Origin: Blasia pusilla
Lineage: Eukaryota
Direction: 5' to 3'
DNA: 64,000 bases
NCBI GenBank assembly: GCA_050084515.1
Contig: CM114271.1
Span: forward strand, 40,486,001-40,550,000
Shown here: piece by piece, positions 40,594-53,783 of the stretch
Numbering within the stretch: position 1 is the first letter of the stretch
Layout: each line of letters begins with the position of its first letter
Translations under genes and position numbers: made by a program
Notes under the pieces: model-generated
What the model saw: the letters and a program-made list of their open reading frames with translations, nothing else
Told to the model about the DNA's origin: nothing
Databases searched by the model: none

Positions 40594-42929
40594 ATTTCTA
40601 ACGATAACATTCCCACTTTCACTATTTTCGCCCAATTGGAATGGGATCCTACTTTTCCTATTCTATTTAGAGTGCCTAATTGCAAGTGAAGGCCTAGGCA
40701 CGAAACGATATGAGGGTAAGTTTTTAAATGAAAATATTCCCCATTTGTTTTTCAACACCCTACTTTGACGCCATAACATTTCGAATACCCTAAAATGTAA
40801 CTTAGACTCAAAAGGTCAAGTTGAAGTTAGAGAGAATCCATAGTATTCTAATGAGCCAAACATACCTTACATTCCCTACATCAAGTTCCACTAGCAAGTA
40901 AGCACATCTCAAAAAAATGAAAAATGAAGTGACCAACCAAAAAAAAAAATGTAAGTTTGAAGAGATTACGGAGTTCCACTTTTGTGGTCAAGGGGCCTGC
41001 ACACCAAATTTTAATATCCATGGTGCGACATCTCACAATGCACATTCTCTTTGGGTACTCCTAAGACCCCCCTCTACATTGAAGACTAAAACATAGAAAC
41101 TTCTATGCATGTAAAACAGAAAACCATACATGAAACCGTCTATGGGGTTAAGCAATCGCCAACCCCCCATTTACGCAAAATCCATCAAGCAAACACCTAA
41201 AATAAAATAAAATGAAAAAGAATATCCGGTTGAGATACTAATTAGCCCGTGTCTCACCTTTGTAAAAAAACAACAGAAAACATTATTAATCTGATGCCTT
41301 GTGGCTGCTATGGAAGCTTTAATATTAGAACACTTTGGATAACTATTCCAAAAGTACATATTGTCTCGTAGCTAACCTTTCTCTAATCGCTCGAGGGCAA
41401 GTAGCAAGTTTCAATAGGATGAATAGCTAGGGTTTCCATATCTAGAGGAGTAGATGTTGGTATCGAAATTTGTTTTGGTTATGACATGGGAGAGATTTCA
41501 TTTTTGTTTCATTTCCAAAAGGAGAGAAGCTAGGAACAAAGGGTGAAGCACATTTATTGCAAGATAAGGAATATTTTGATTTTTGTTTTATGTTTTCCAA
41601 AGCGTCAAAAATGGCGAAAGAAAATATGAAACATGCTTTTGAATGATAGCTTAGTGACGTGGGATAGCCTTCCCTTTTGTTTGTGTTTTTCGAAGAGAGA
41701 AAGGAACCGAAAAAAGAAGACAATCCATGAACGTGGGTTGAACAAGGGTCTTACACGGTGTTGCCCATCTCTATCTTGTAACCCTCATCTTGGTACCTTA
41801 TGTGATGTCTCCCTTGTCATGTTCCTTTATGGCTTTTTCATTCCCTAAGCATCGAATGCTTTTTCCTCTCTAGGAAGTATTTATTGTTCACAACGTTTTA
41901 AGAGGTCTATTTTTTTACTGCCAGATTTTAGAGCCAATTTTCGTGGTTTCCCCTATGTCAGACACCCCTATGCCCCACACTTGCTTAGAGTCCAGGTTTG
42001 CTTTGAGTTATTAGGGTTATTGAATTCCCTTATTTGGGGGTCCCCAAACGTGTGTATTATGGCAGTTTATTGTCCTGAGCTATATGGGGTATCTAAAAAG
42101 TTATCCCGTTCACATATGAAGAAAAAAAATCATGAAGATAATTTTATTTCCTTCCTGAAATGATCAGTTTTAGATTACTTAATTGAATATAAATTCGCAC
42201 GCATGGATTCACGACTCCAAACTCCAATGGGTACTATTTGTCATTGCTTTTATTATTACTTTAAGGCACGGAAACCTCCAAACTAGTGCCATACCTCAGG
42301 AGTCAAAACTAGTGCCATTGCCATGAAATTCTCCATTCAAGAGCATTCGCTTTGTAGTTCAGCCGTGAAAAGGCGTGTGAAACCCTTAAAATCATTAGAA
42401 TATGTCCTAGTCCTCGGATATTACTATGATTTCCTCAACTATTCTTAGGTAAATGGATATTTGATTGCAAGAGAAACAAGTACATTATTTACATTATAAT
42501 TTCTGTGTAGTTTTTCGTATAAGACTCATAATAAGAATATTAATAAAATTAATAAATTAAGTCACCTTGATTCATCAAAACACTGAATTCTTGATTGATG
42601 CATGTTTTCCAAGGATTTTTCTTATGATGGATTTCAAATTTTCCATGGTTGTGAAAAAATAGAAATTTAAAATTTTTTGAATGTAAATCACAAGGGGATG
42701 ATATATAATTCTAATATAATTAAAAAATGACCACGTTGACCTCTTTTTGCTCTTAACATAAGTTAAATGGTCGAGTCTCATGATGGTTTGCTAAAATCAT
42801 GCATAAAGAAGGTTTTAAAAGTTTATAATGCAAGGAATATTGGGATACTTGGTGTAATAGTACTCCAAGATAAGGTACAATTACATAATCATCATAAAAG
42901 TTCGGAAAAATCTGGAATCCTTTTATTGT

Positions 42930-43290
42930 CGAAAACTCCACATTATAATGAAAATAGACCTTAAAAGAGGATAGGGGAAGGCAACAACATTCCAAGGAGG
43001 GCAGCAAGCAAGAAATAGAAAAAGGAAATAAAAACGAGTCAATTCAAAAACCAACTCAACGAACTATGCAATTAATAGTTTGAAATAAATTTGATATGAA
43101 CACTGTTGGTTGGTAAGCGGCAAATTAATAATGAGATAAGCATTCACTAACTATCTTGGCTGAATGAATTAATGCCAAAGCTTGTACACATTATAATGCC
43201 ATCAAAATGCATTTAAAAAAATAATTAGTAACAACATAGACAGAGGGACTATGAGAAGGGGAGTTCGTGATTTTCGAGGAAACGGTGAGG
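42930..43290 (+). repeat. Dispersed repeat D, copy 2
   Basis: Homologous to 24185-24550. Confidence 0.7.
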
Positions 43291-44645
43291 GGAGATACCA
43301 CCACATCATCCAATAAACAAAAACCATATCAAGACATATCAAGGTCAACTTGTTGATGAGAGTTTCTTGTGTAATAGAAAGTGAATACCACCCACCGTTG
43401 GTTGATATGAAGGGATGAGGTCGGAATCTTAGGCCTAACATGTGGCAACTAGCAAGAGATTGAAAAAGCAAGAGGAATCCTTTGATGAGATTGTAACAAA
43501 AAATATACCATAAAATAACACAATGTGTGAAATTACGTTTAATGATTTATGAGCATATTTACAAGAGGAGGAGGTCCAAAGATCCAAAAGAACTTTGACA
43601 AACCCCAACATAAATGGAAAACATAAAGACACAAAATTTAAGCTTGAGGAGGTGAACAAATTGAGTCCAATATTGTAAAATCTTATAAAAAGAAAATGTG
43701 TTTTATCATATATGGTTTGAACTTTGAAACTTACAAAATAGGAGTCAAACGAGTGAAAGTGCTCTCAAAAGTGGATAGACTTGCAATAAGATTTCTATGA
43801 ACTTGGCTTCAAGAATAAGGGCATACCAAAAATTCTTTGGATGAGATAAGACATGGGCTAGATCAATATAGGATTCAACAAGGATCATAGGATGTTGGCA
43901 GGGATACTTTTGAATAAATGGTTAAAGAAAACTCGACTTTTGGAATCAATCCTATTTTAAATAGGAGAATGATTTTGTGCAAGAAACTTGTCTTATTAGA
44001 AATATCTAAGGAAATACCACTATTTTTTCAACCCTTGTGACTCTCTCAAACCAATAAATATACTAAGATACTTAAAGAAACCCCAACTCAACCTTTGATC
44101 AATCCATATTTTGACTCAATCTTCATATGGTGCAAATTGTGTACATGATCACATATGTTTCTGATACTCCCAACACCACCAATATGTTGAACCTTCTTTA
44201 TAACCCTTAGTTACTCTAATAGATTTTTGCTAGTATTTTCATACCATAATCAAACTTTGAAAAATGCAATTGAGAGTTTGGGAAGCCATCACAACATTTG
44301 ACTTTTCAAGTCGCAAGCGGTCTCATATGCATTTAGGAAGTCCTTCTTGAAAAAGAAGGCCCTTTAAATATAGTAGCTTCATACTTTTTAAGATTAGAGT
44401 GGATTCCGTGTGTGCATGGGATTTTTTTTTTATGTAACATTAGACCTTCTTTAGCGTTCATATAAATTCTACTAACATTAGGATTCCAATACCCATCAAC
44501 ATCTCTCTTATAAAATTGAAGAGAACAATATAGGATTAAGGGAAACACAAAATAGAATTTATAGATGTCGAACTTAGAAGATGTTATTTAATAAATTTGT
44601 AAAATATCAAAGATAATTAATTATGCCCACATATCCACTTTTTAA

Positions 44646-45030
44646 TCTATATACTAACTGGAGGATGCAGGGTTTTTGCAACTACTTCTTCGTTTGACAT
44701 GCATCATTGGTTTTCTTTCAAAACCAGTTTGATCAACTTAAGTGGGGGTCATGCGAAGAGACATTGGTAAGCTGAGTGAATATTTAAATAGGGATCCATG
44801 CATCGTACCGATTGGCACTGTTCCTTACGGATACTAACTAGTTTATATTATTGTAAGAGGATTAAACTAGAGACAAAACCCTCTGGTGTATGTGACGTAT
44901 GTCCTTTGAGACGGATCTAGATAGTGAGGCTTGTAGCAAACACTAGTATCATGTTTGGATTGTGTCAAATATTTCAAACCCTCTTCAAACACTTCTTTAT
45001 TTCCCGTGCATTGCATGGGCACTTTACTAA
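44646..45030 (+). mobile_element. Small non-autonomous Helitron
   Basis: A|TCTATATACTAA 5' end; 3' hairpin CCCGTGC-ATT-GCATGGG then CTAA|T; insertion between A and T without TSD. Confidence 0.65.
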
Positions 45031-47513
45031 TACACCATTATTAGAGATTTTCAATTAATTTTATAAACATATCTCTTCTTGACACTTAAAAAAATAAATT
45101 AATAAATTTTCATATTAATAAAATATTTAGAATTTGATCATAAAAAATAATTTTAAAAAATTCCCGAAAGTGGAAAGTTTTGGGGGTGGTCGTGTTGCAC
45201 GGGTTACGGCGACATCTGCTTAATATGTAAATTAGAAGTACAAGTGTCGGTATGGCGGCCCCGTCCAAAGGAGTCCCTACAAGTGGGGGAGGCCGGCGGC
45301 CAATATGAGCGTATTTCCCGTCTTGATCACAAGCGGTTCCAGTTTTACTTATACCCCCGGTCCTTGAGGACCGGACCGGACCCGGGCGTGGAAAAAGAAA
45401 TTGGTATGGGTCAGTGGATCGCCATTGCGAAAGCTGCTAGGGCACTTTCGTGCTCGTTGTCGGGACAGAGTAGCAATTGGAATGAGGTAGTATGACAGGG
45501 AACGGCTTCAACTCGCTCATGCGGATTCGACCGAAGGTGCCGGTCACGTGGCACATCCTTCGCATTGCCGGCCCTGACCGACCGAAGTGGTCGAACCGTG
45601 GAAGGCGAAGGGGAGAGGACCTTTCAGCGTATCCGGAATGAGTGTGGATCCGGGCCACGGCGGTGAGGCTACCGGCGATTTCAGGCGGTCATGGGAGCGC
45701 GGCGATCTCCTCGCTGTTGATGGTGTGTGAGGAGGACACCTGGTTCAATCAAAACCTGCCCGTCCTTCCATCAAAGATTCCCGCCCGGCCCCAGAGTTAC
45801 GAACTATGATTCCTTCCCGGGCACGCGTGGCAGTACAGTGGCGACGCGCGACGATGTGACTCGGATAGGACCGTTTCTGTTCGGGGCCGCCAAAGATCAA
45901 CCTGGGCCGTGAATAGCGAACCGGGAATAAGGGATTGATTGCTAAATGGAAACTCTCGCCGGATACGCGCGAACGCGGAGTGTTCCTCAGGATGGCACCG
46001 AAAGCCGGGGTCGACAAACCGTCGCCGGGTTCGTTTCACAACTTCCCAGGCAGGAATTGATGTCCCCGGGGCTGGGAGCCTACACGCGTCGTAGCTTGCC
46101 AACTGCAGAGCGACGTGGAGTGGGCCCGGCCGTGTTGTGTAGTTTTGGAGGAACGGCATTCCGTGAGTGAAATTAAACATTGGCGGCAGCCGGTGGCCGT
46201 GCTGCGTGAGTAGCGCGGGCGGGGTGGAGTCGAAGCCGGCGCGATTTCGCCCGTTACGCCAGGGCCAAGCGCCAGGGTTTCAGATAGCCGTGCGATTCGC
46301 TAGATCGGACGACGGGTCGCGAGAGAAAATGGCACATAACCAACCGGATCGCGGAGGGTTAAGGCCCGGTTGGCAAAGGTTAAATTTGGCGGTATTTGGA
46401 CCGGCTAACCGGCGGGTCCCGAAAGATATCGGTCCTGCGACTCCTGCCTTCCAGTCTCTGCATCTCGTCTTGCTCCGTACTACTTCCCGGTGGGGACCTG
46501 TCAGGTAACTCATGCTCGTCTTGTGCAGCTGCAGCAGGAGCAAGACTCTTCCTCTCTGTCTTCTCTTTTCTTTGAGCATCTATCTTTTCAAGCGCTGCTG
46601 CTGCTGCTGCTCATCTCCTAAGAAGGGCTCTCTGCTCTCTCCGGACATACCGCCTCACTGCGAATGTGCCCGGCCCACGTCTTCTGCAAGAGAGGAATCA
46701 GAGAGATAGGGGCTGCAATTGGGCCGCAGATTTGGAGTGATTGATTGTCAGCCCGCGCGCGCCACCGACTTTTCTCTCTGAGCTTCTCGCACCGTAATAC
46801 GTTCCACTTCGACACACACTCATCATCTTTCGTGGAGGCAGAGGAGGAAACGATTTCGAGCATCTCACGCGATGAGGGGCTGAGAGGACGAGTCATAACC
46901 CTAGAGATTTCCCTTCATTAACCTGTTGAGCCTGCCATCGGTGCTGGAAGAGAGGAATCAGAAATCTGTGGCGCAGCAGGAATCGGTGCAGAAAAAGCGC
47001 TCGTAGTAAAATTCAGACAGCCATCCTGGCTTGTGCTTGCGGATAGCGAGAGAGATGGACGGTCTAGAGATGGGTAGAAGGAGACGGCATTGAGCGAAGG
47101 GAGGGAGGGGGTAGGACATATGGGAGCGAGAGGAGAAGGCTCAGGGGTGGAGAGCTGGTGGAGGAAGAGCAGGAGAGGGAATGATGAGGAAGAATGGGAA
47201 GCCGGGAGGTTTGAAGGGAGCAGGACGAGGAGGAGAGTGGACATGGCAGAGGAAAATAAATCCTCGGTGAGAGTGACCTCGGGTGCCCTTGGGAGGTAGA
47301 TCTCAGTACCGGAACTACGTACGAAGTTTTCGTCAGGGTCTTCACTGGATACCAATCCCGAATCGATTTTTTTTCTCTGGAGCACTCAGTAGCAACTTCC
47401 CACGGAAACAGATGTCTGCATCTTAGACCGATTTCTGCTTACAACGAGCCGAGCGTCCCTCTCTCGGGACCTGGGAAGTTTCTACGTTCTCCGATTTGAG
47501 ACCGGATTCCACA

Positions 47514-49878
47514 ATGACGGTGTCCAAGCTGTGCAGGTCGCCTTCCTCGTTATCTCGGTCGCCGACCATTAAGTCGAACATTGATAGTCTTTCCAACTTA
47601 TTCGACGCGGCTCAAAGTTATGAGAAGGATATTGATCTCGTGAGGGAAGCTAGCAGGAATCGCGCAATCCTAATGGGAGATGTTTCCTTCTCCAATCCCC
47701 TGCATCCTAATCACCAGAGGAGGTTTGAATTGCAGGTGATGCTTCCCCGTCTGGTTCTGGTCACAATTCCTTTCGTCTGGTGGTTTGTGAAGGGTACTCC
47801 TTACTACCGATTGATCGGAATTCACACAGACGACATCGCCCTTTGGTTCTGGTTCGATTTCCTTGCTCTCCTCATCTTCTTCACCGCGCTTGTGGTCTCT
47901 GCCCGCCTCGCCTTCCCTCAAATGTCTTTGAACTCCAACGCGCCTCCTCTCTGCGTTGTGAAGGCCATTTTGGGTCAAAGCTGGGGAAGCCTGAGCTCGA
48001 ACTGGCTCAAACCCCTGGCAGCACTTATCTCCGAGGACAAAAATCGAGGGAAAGGTCTGGCCGCGACTCAGAAGACCAGTACTGTCACTTGGACGATCGG
48101 GTCGAGCAACACTAAACCCGTCAAAGAGCACGTCGCAGAGGAGAATCTCGACGGTGAAGGGGTGCAAATCTACAGCAATAGGGATGTATACGAAGGGGAG
48201 TTCCATCGGGGACGGTGTTCAGGGAGTGGTGTGTACTACTTCTATAAGAGTGGTAGGTACGAGGGAGAGTGGGTTGACGGCAAATATGATGGATATGGGG
48301 TTGAAACTTGGGCTCGCGGCAGTCGCTACAGGGGACAATATCGACAAGGTTTGCGAGATGGGTATGGAGTTTACCGCTTCTACACTGGTGATGTCTATTC
48401 TGGCGAGTGGTCGAATGGTCAAAGTCATGGTTGTGGAACGCAAACCTGCGAAGATGGCAGTCGTTACCGAGGGGAGTTCAAGTGGGGTGTAAAGCACGGC
48501 TACGGCTTCTACCATTTTCGGTGAGACAGGTTCCTTCGCGCTTGTATCCATCATTTCCATTCCTAGTGGCAATCCTGTTCGTTCGAGTAACGGTCAAGAG
48601 TTTTTCAGGTTGAAAATTTCTGTTTAGCAGACCTCGCGGAGAACAACGAGCACGTCGGATTGGGCACTCACTCTCAGCCACACTTAGCTAGAAAAGGATG
48701 GTTTCTGATTACAGGACATGCACCGAAAGTTGCGATGGAAGAATTTTCCTTGCGTGAATTTGCCTTTCAATTAGAGGATATTTTCTGATGCTCCTCTGCG
48801 CTTCAGTTCTTAGGCTACAGGATCCATGGTGAGATCCTCAACTGCATTAGAGGGCGGAGATAGCAGGGATTTGGGATTTGGGATTTGGTTCTTCATTTAG
48901 CCTGTGTCCACTTCTCCACCCTACTTCGTTATCCTAAACGCGCCCAGGCCGCTCCACGGTTGCACGCAAGGAACGATAACCTCATTCTTGTGCTTTTGGC
49001 GTGGCAGGAACGGGGATACCTACGCCGGGGAGTACTTTGCCGATAAGATGCACGGCTACGGGGTGTACCAATTTGCGAATGGCCACAGGTACGAAGGGTC
49101 TTGGCACGAAGGAAGAAAGCAAGGATTGGGCATCTACACTTTTAGAAACGGCGAAACTCATGCCGGACACTGGCACCATGGAGTTTTGGAGATACGAAGC
49201 TCGCAAAATCCAGCCCCGGGCTCGTCAACCGCCATCTACCACTCCAAAGTTTTGAACGATGTTCAGGTTTGTTTCTCATGCTTTTCACGGTTTCAAATCT
49301 TTACTGGCATTGAGTTACATCTCACTCTTCTGGGGATTGCTCTCCGTTGCAAGAGAGCGAAAGAGTCGAACGAAATCTAGGCTGTTGTCAGATAATTGCG
49401 CACAGGAGATCCACGCCCAACGCGCTTGAAGGATCTCTTCAGCTTCCCACCATAGACATCGGTAGCTTGCAACGCGTACGACGACTTGTCGCTCATCGAC
49501 TTATCACTCATAGTTGTCAAGTCGCTTTCTACTGCATCGACTGATCTTCTCTACGGTTTGTGACGGCCGGAGCTTCCTCCTACGGGGGATTCTACGCAAA
49601 CTCGTTGCGACTTCGAAGCGGAATTGCGTTCGTTTTGACTCTGCAAGTGTTTGAAATTGTTCGCTTCGCTTCTCGAAGGAGTTGCGTGCCTGACTTCCCT
49701 CTTGGACGCGCAGGAAGCAAGGCGTGCCGCAAGCAAAGCAATGGATGTCCCCCGAGTTGAAGACAGAGTGAACAAAGCAGTAGCGGCTGCGAACCGATGT
49801 GCCAATGCAGCTCGAGTAGTGGCGGTCAAAGTAGTTCAAAAGCGCAACGCCACGCCTTCCGCCGAAGAAATGGTGTGA
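47514..49878 (+). CDS. Plant MORN-repeat protein with N-terminal transmembrane segments (junctophilin-like), ~476 aa; exons 47514-48520, 49008-49266, 49714-49878
   Basis: Tandem YxGxW/F..G..xGxG repeats (YEGEFHRGRCSGSG, YEGEWVDGKYDGYG, YAGEYFADKMHGYG...); C-terminal RVNKAVAAANRCANAARVVAVKVVQ; GT-AG introns keep frame. Confidence 0.93.
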
Positions 49879-52459
49879 TTTGTGTACCATGGGCCATTGT
49901 GATAAACGTGTACCATACGACGTATTTTGGAGTGATGAACCTGCTTGCAGGAGCAGATGGCTGCTCTCTAAGGAAGTAGCACTCGGACGAAGTGCCCTTA
50001 TGTTTCCTCCGTGGTGACTGGAGTACTGTTCAGACCATATGAAGACGCGTAATCCTTCAGCGAAACGAGTGAAGAGCAATGTTGACACAGCGGAGAGGGC
50101 GTGCGTAGGAGAGAGGATGATGAGGATGCTCGTCTGACCCTCGCTGGATCGTCTGAAGCGACGCAGAGTCTGTCTTCCTTAAGAGAAGCGTTAGAATTGC
50201 CGGACTCCCAGACTTAGACTCGAGGTCCACAACTGTAGCGGGCTCTGATTAGAAGCGGCTTATCAACTAGAGCAAACGAGAGAGTACCTTTGTTCAGTAT
50301 GCCGAAGGTGTTACTGAGCTGAGCAAGATGCGATGTACGAGAAAACGGCCTTTGCCAAAGGATTTTGCAGGTTGAGCGTGCCATGTGGGTGGCATCTTCT
50401 TAAGCAGGGATCCAGCAATTGTAAAGCTGGACTGTAAACAATGTAGGACTCATGTACATACACACATCCTTTCGTCGGATCGCGGGGGGCCGGAGATTCG
50501 GTTCCCTGCCGTGCCTCGAAAGGACCGGTAATCTTTGTGACATATTACAGAGAAAGAAAATAGCTGAGTGGTTCGTTCGTGCTTACTTAAAAAGTATTAA
50601 GGCGGTGGAACTGAAAGGAAGGGCCCACCCACTCCAGCGTAGCCTAGGTGGAAACGTGCGGAGTTCGAGCATCCCACTTAGACGGTTGCACATATAGGTG
50701 TGACATTTACTATAGCAGTAAGCTAACCTGGCGGGCATTATTGGTCTCTTCGAGAAACTGCTGTTGTTTCCAGGAGTCGAGAGTTAATGATTTCAGAAGC
50801 GGTGGAGCAGCGCACCGTAGCTGAGGAATGTCGGTCCCAACACCGTCTTCTGGAGAGGAGAAATCTTGTGGCTCGCTTGACGGCCCTCGTGCTTGAGGAC
50901 TAAGAATAAAGACTGATGTGTTCGGAAAAGGAACCCCAACCGTGTAGTGCCACAAACACCTGTCGATTCAAGTAGCCTCTGTATGGTTTCTGGTATGACG
51001 CGCTCGCCACTGTCTGCCGCGTTCCCAACCCCACACGACAAAAGCTCCACTTTTCCTTCTCCGCGACAGGATACAGAGCTCCAATTGAGTGTCCTCTCAA
51101 AACTCCCCCGTAACTCCTCTGCGAGAAAAAACTGCAGAGCCGTCAGGTCATCGGACTAGTTAGCCGCCATCCCTCCCCGTCGTCCGGACAAATGTACCGG
51201 AACCGGCCAACGGCAGACAGATGTGGACTGTAGAAAAATCGGTCCCCCCGCCTCGAGACTCCCAAAATGCGAGCTTCAGGCCAGGGTCCGGGTAGTTTTT
51301 TGGCGACAACCGGTACATTTCCGGTCTCTACAGACGAGAACGGTAATTTTTGATATTTTTCTGAATCCGGTCGGCTAAAGAGATACAAATACAAAGGAGA
51401 ACTCTGTATTCTGCCGGTGAATCGGAAATTCTAAATTTCTCCCCGGATATTGCTTCGGGCTAAGCGGGACCCCTTTCGTCAGAGTCGCAAGTCAAATAGT
51501 TTTGGTCGCCGCTCCATGGACCGACCGATTTCTCGGAGCGCGCTGCATTTATCTCCGTTGCTGAGATTCCGAGAGCCTACTTCGCTCTGCTCTTCAGTCC
51601 CTGTTATTTTTAGCCTCACCAAACTGCTCCACTTCTTCCGTCGTGGGAGACTCCCACATCGGACTCGGTCCTCCGTATCACCTCCCGAGTCCCGGAGGGC
51701 CCGCGATATCCAATTGCCGCAGACCGAAGAAGAGAGGACAAAAGGAAAAAGCGTGTTTCGCTCTCTTCTGTTCGTCGCTTCCCTCGTGTCCTATCCTTGC
51801 TGCGCCATGGATTCCGAGGTCCACGACTGCGGAAGGAAACAGACGCTGAATAAGCTTCGTCAACCTTTCGCCGGTAGAGGGCTTCTCCCTGACGTGTCGG
51901 CGGACTTCTTTTCGGCCCATTTATGAGATTTCGCGACATCTAATACCTCCTGGTGTTCGGTTTCTTCGACCGCCACCTGTTGGTCCAAAAGTGTTTAACG
52001 ATCGCAAATAATAGGTTCTTCAAAGCCTTTCCTCCGGAGTTCGTTTTATTTATTTTAGGGACTAATTCTCGTCGAGTCCAGTTATTTTCTTCTGGTTACC
52101 CATGTTACCCAAATATTTTCCATGTTCGGAAAATATTTGGGTAATCTTCCCTTAATAATGTAGATAACCCACTAAAAGTTATGGGTATCAGAAAGGATAT
52201 GGGTGATGTAAACTTTAGTAATTCAAAATTTTCAATAAAATTTAAGATCAGTTTGTTTCTCTACCCTCCTTATGTGGTGCATTGTAGCAAACAACGAGAT
52301 TCGTTTCTCTACCCTCATCTAGTAGTGCACTGTAGGAAACAACAGGGCCAAACATGGGCATGCATTTGAGAACACATCGAAAATCCATATGTGTCGATAA
52401 TTTCTCGAAACTTGGTGAAAGTCTTGGGCTACTCACAAGGCAAGGAGGACTATAGCTCT

Positions 52460-52790
52460 ATCCCCTCATGAAAAAAGGTTCAAGAGAGAATGAGCTCACC
52501 CACCTTGCATATACTACTTTCTCCTATCCTTAAGCTCTCTCCTTGATGACCTATGCTCATAGATCACCTCTTTCGCTATTGACTTGCAATAATGGCTTAA
52601 GGGTCGCTTCTTGAAAATTGAAATGGAAATTAAAAAATACTCACAATAGAACTAACCCAAAATAGTAAATTCTTAAACATGATTCCAAATAAGTCCAAAA
52701 GAAGAGGTAACCTGCTTTCTCAAGTTACCTTAGTCATCAGCAGATAACCTTGACCTCATGAGGTTGTTCTTTGATCTCCTCAAAGACACG
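52460..52790. repeat. Uninterrupted relative of the LTR-like element split by the chromovirus
   Basis: ctcatg..aggttcaa..gagagaatgagctc ... atactca..aac/taacccaaaatagt aligns across the 26679/33973 junction. Confidence 0.7.
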
Positions 52791-53302
52791 GTTAGACACC
52801 CTATGTAGGATTTAGGGTTTGGTACCTAAAATATGCCATGACCCACACGATATCCAAGTCCTCTCCCTTATATGAGCTTTATAGACTTTGCATTTGGAGT
52901 GTTTTTCAATTGACTCACATAAGTAGAAAAAATAAAATTCCTTGCCTCGTCATCTCTATGTAGGCACTACTCTTAGGCCTAAAACACTCCAATATGTATG
53001 TAATTGTAATGAACAAGCTCTAATAGGTCGACATAAACTTAATAAGAATATCAATGTCTTTAAGTTTCTCAAATCCTTATCATCAACCTAATGCCACACT
53101 TGTTCAAGTCTCATAAAAAACTTCTAAGATTTTGCGATCATTCTAAACCCCTTGATACATCGTCATTATAAGTTATTTAATTCTATAGTTAAAATTTTCA
53201 ACTCAACTCACAGTTTCACAACGCAGAATACACATAATAGCTTCTGATTTTTTCTATTGAATATTTGACCCATGTGGATATAGGATGTGACCTAATTAAT
53301 CG

Positions 53303-53783
53303 TAATGATCTTCGAAGGATTTTCCCTTTCCTAGAGCAATTACATTATTGTTATTTTCATTAAAATTACATGGAGCAATTACATTATTGTTATCCGGTGT
53401 TGTGTGGTGTGTAGATGTGACTAGTGATGTGGGTTGTGTAGCGATGTGTATGCGCACGACATGGTACATAGATCATATTGTTATCTTCAATTTCTCCGTT
53501 GAGAAGCACAAAAAAAACTTGGAGGAGGTATTTTGATGATAACAATAATGTAATTGCTCATAATGATCGTCGAAGGATTTTCCCTTTTCCTTACGATGTT
53601 ATTGATGATAACAATAATGTAATTGCTCCATGTTATTGTTATCATCAAAATACCTCCTCCAAGTTTTTTCTGTGCTTCTCAACGGAGAAATTGAAGATAA
53701 CGATATGATCTATGTACCATGTGCGCATGCACATCGCTACACAACCCACACCATTGGTCACATCTACTCACCACACAACACCG
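53303..53783. repeat. Long inverted repeat (~155-bp arms, ~53395-53548 vs ~53633-53783) with shuffled short duplications
   Basis: Arms pair with few mismatches; gagcaattacattattgttat twice forward and twice reverse; taatgatc.tcgaaggattttccc twice. Confidence 0.93.

Noticed and set aside
45244-47385. Many overlapping 60-155-aa ORFs including the Ser/Pro-rich 46918-47385 (-)
   Set aside because: Expected in GC-rich promoter/leader DNA; antisense shadow of a purine-rich leader; no domains
51719-51778. MIR156/529 precursor hairpin
   Set aside because: Stem too short and bulged, and the 5' arm differs from the mature miRNAs by several indels; kept only as a possible complementary site
52252-52345. 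48-bp tandem duplication (similar small ones at ~4082-4205 and ~42280-42318)
   Set aside because: Ordinary two-unit slippage repeats with no further structure
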